Source of the DNA: Octopus bimaculoides
Taxonomy: Eukaryota
Direction of reading: 5' to 3'
Length of the DNA stretch: 64,000 bases
Assembly: GCF_001194135.2 (NCBI RefSeq)
Contig: NC_068984.1
Coordinates: 103,307,243-103,371,242, forward strand
In this document: positions 63,759 to 64,000 of the stretch, one piece after another
How positions within the stretch are numbered: position 1 is the first letter of the stretch
How the letters are laid out: every line of letters begins with the position of its first letter
Notes under the pieces: generated by a model
Seen by the model: only the letters and a program-made list of their open reading frames with translations
What the model was told of the DNA's origin: nothing
Database searches by the model: none
Translations under genes and position numbers: made by a program

Positions 63759-64000
63759 GTGAATCCCTAAAACTCGAGAACTACGCAACCAATTTCATTC
63801 AAATTTTACAGATGCCTTACTTAGGGTTCCAGTTGTGTTTTAGTCAAAAAATTTTTTAAATTTCTTGCAGAGTTCGAGCCCACGGCAACATAATATCTCC
63901 TCCACTATTTAAGTATTACGTGTCAAAAGTGAAACAAAAACACTCATGTCAAATACTTTCACTTTAAAATTGAAACTATTCCACTAACTGAAACAATCAC
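63702..64000 (+). mobile_element. Non-autonomous Helitron-like element 5' end; runs off the window
   Basis: A|TCTATATATATAAAAATGAG is followed by (TGTC)n and CAACCAATTTCATTCAAATTT. Confidence 0.6.

Overview
This is AT-rich, repeat-dominated animal genomic DNA with about 16 assembly gaps (N runs). The SINE families resemble the tRNA-derived SINEs known from Octopus, so an octopod genome is likely (recognised from memory, not searched). I cannot confidently call any intact host gene. Most long ORFs in the track are artefacts of microsatellites or gaps. The window holds decayed transposons: a Tc2/pogo element, three mariners, several MITEs, Helitron-like elements, an RTE LINE, a near full-length R4/Dong LINE flanked by (TAA)n, Penelope-like (PLE) RT and GIY-YIG fragments, and more than 25 SINE copies from three families. 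The main results of the hunt are: (1) a dispersed set of minimal type I hammerhead-ribozyme motifs with palindromic helix III, including one canonical-core copy at 7726-7770 and a CUGU(U/G)GA-core family with a compensatory stem II change, mostly next to (TA)n and in two cases downstream of PLE endonuclease fragments; (2) a 7-unit tandem SINE array with a recurring linker; (3) several long fold-back inverted repeats; (4) a transposon-free island at about 25-27 kb that may hold host exons or regulatory DNA.
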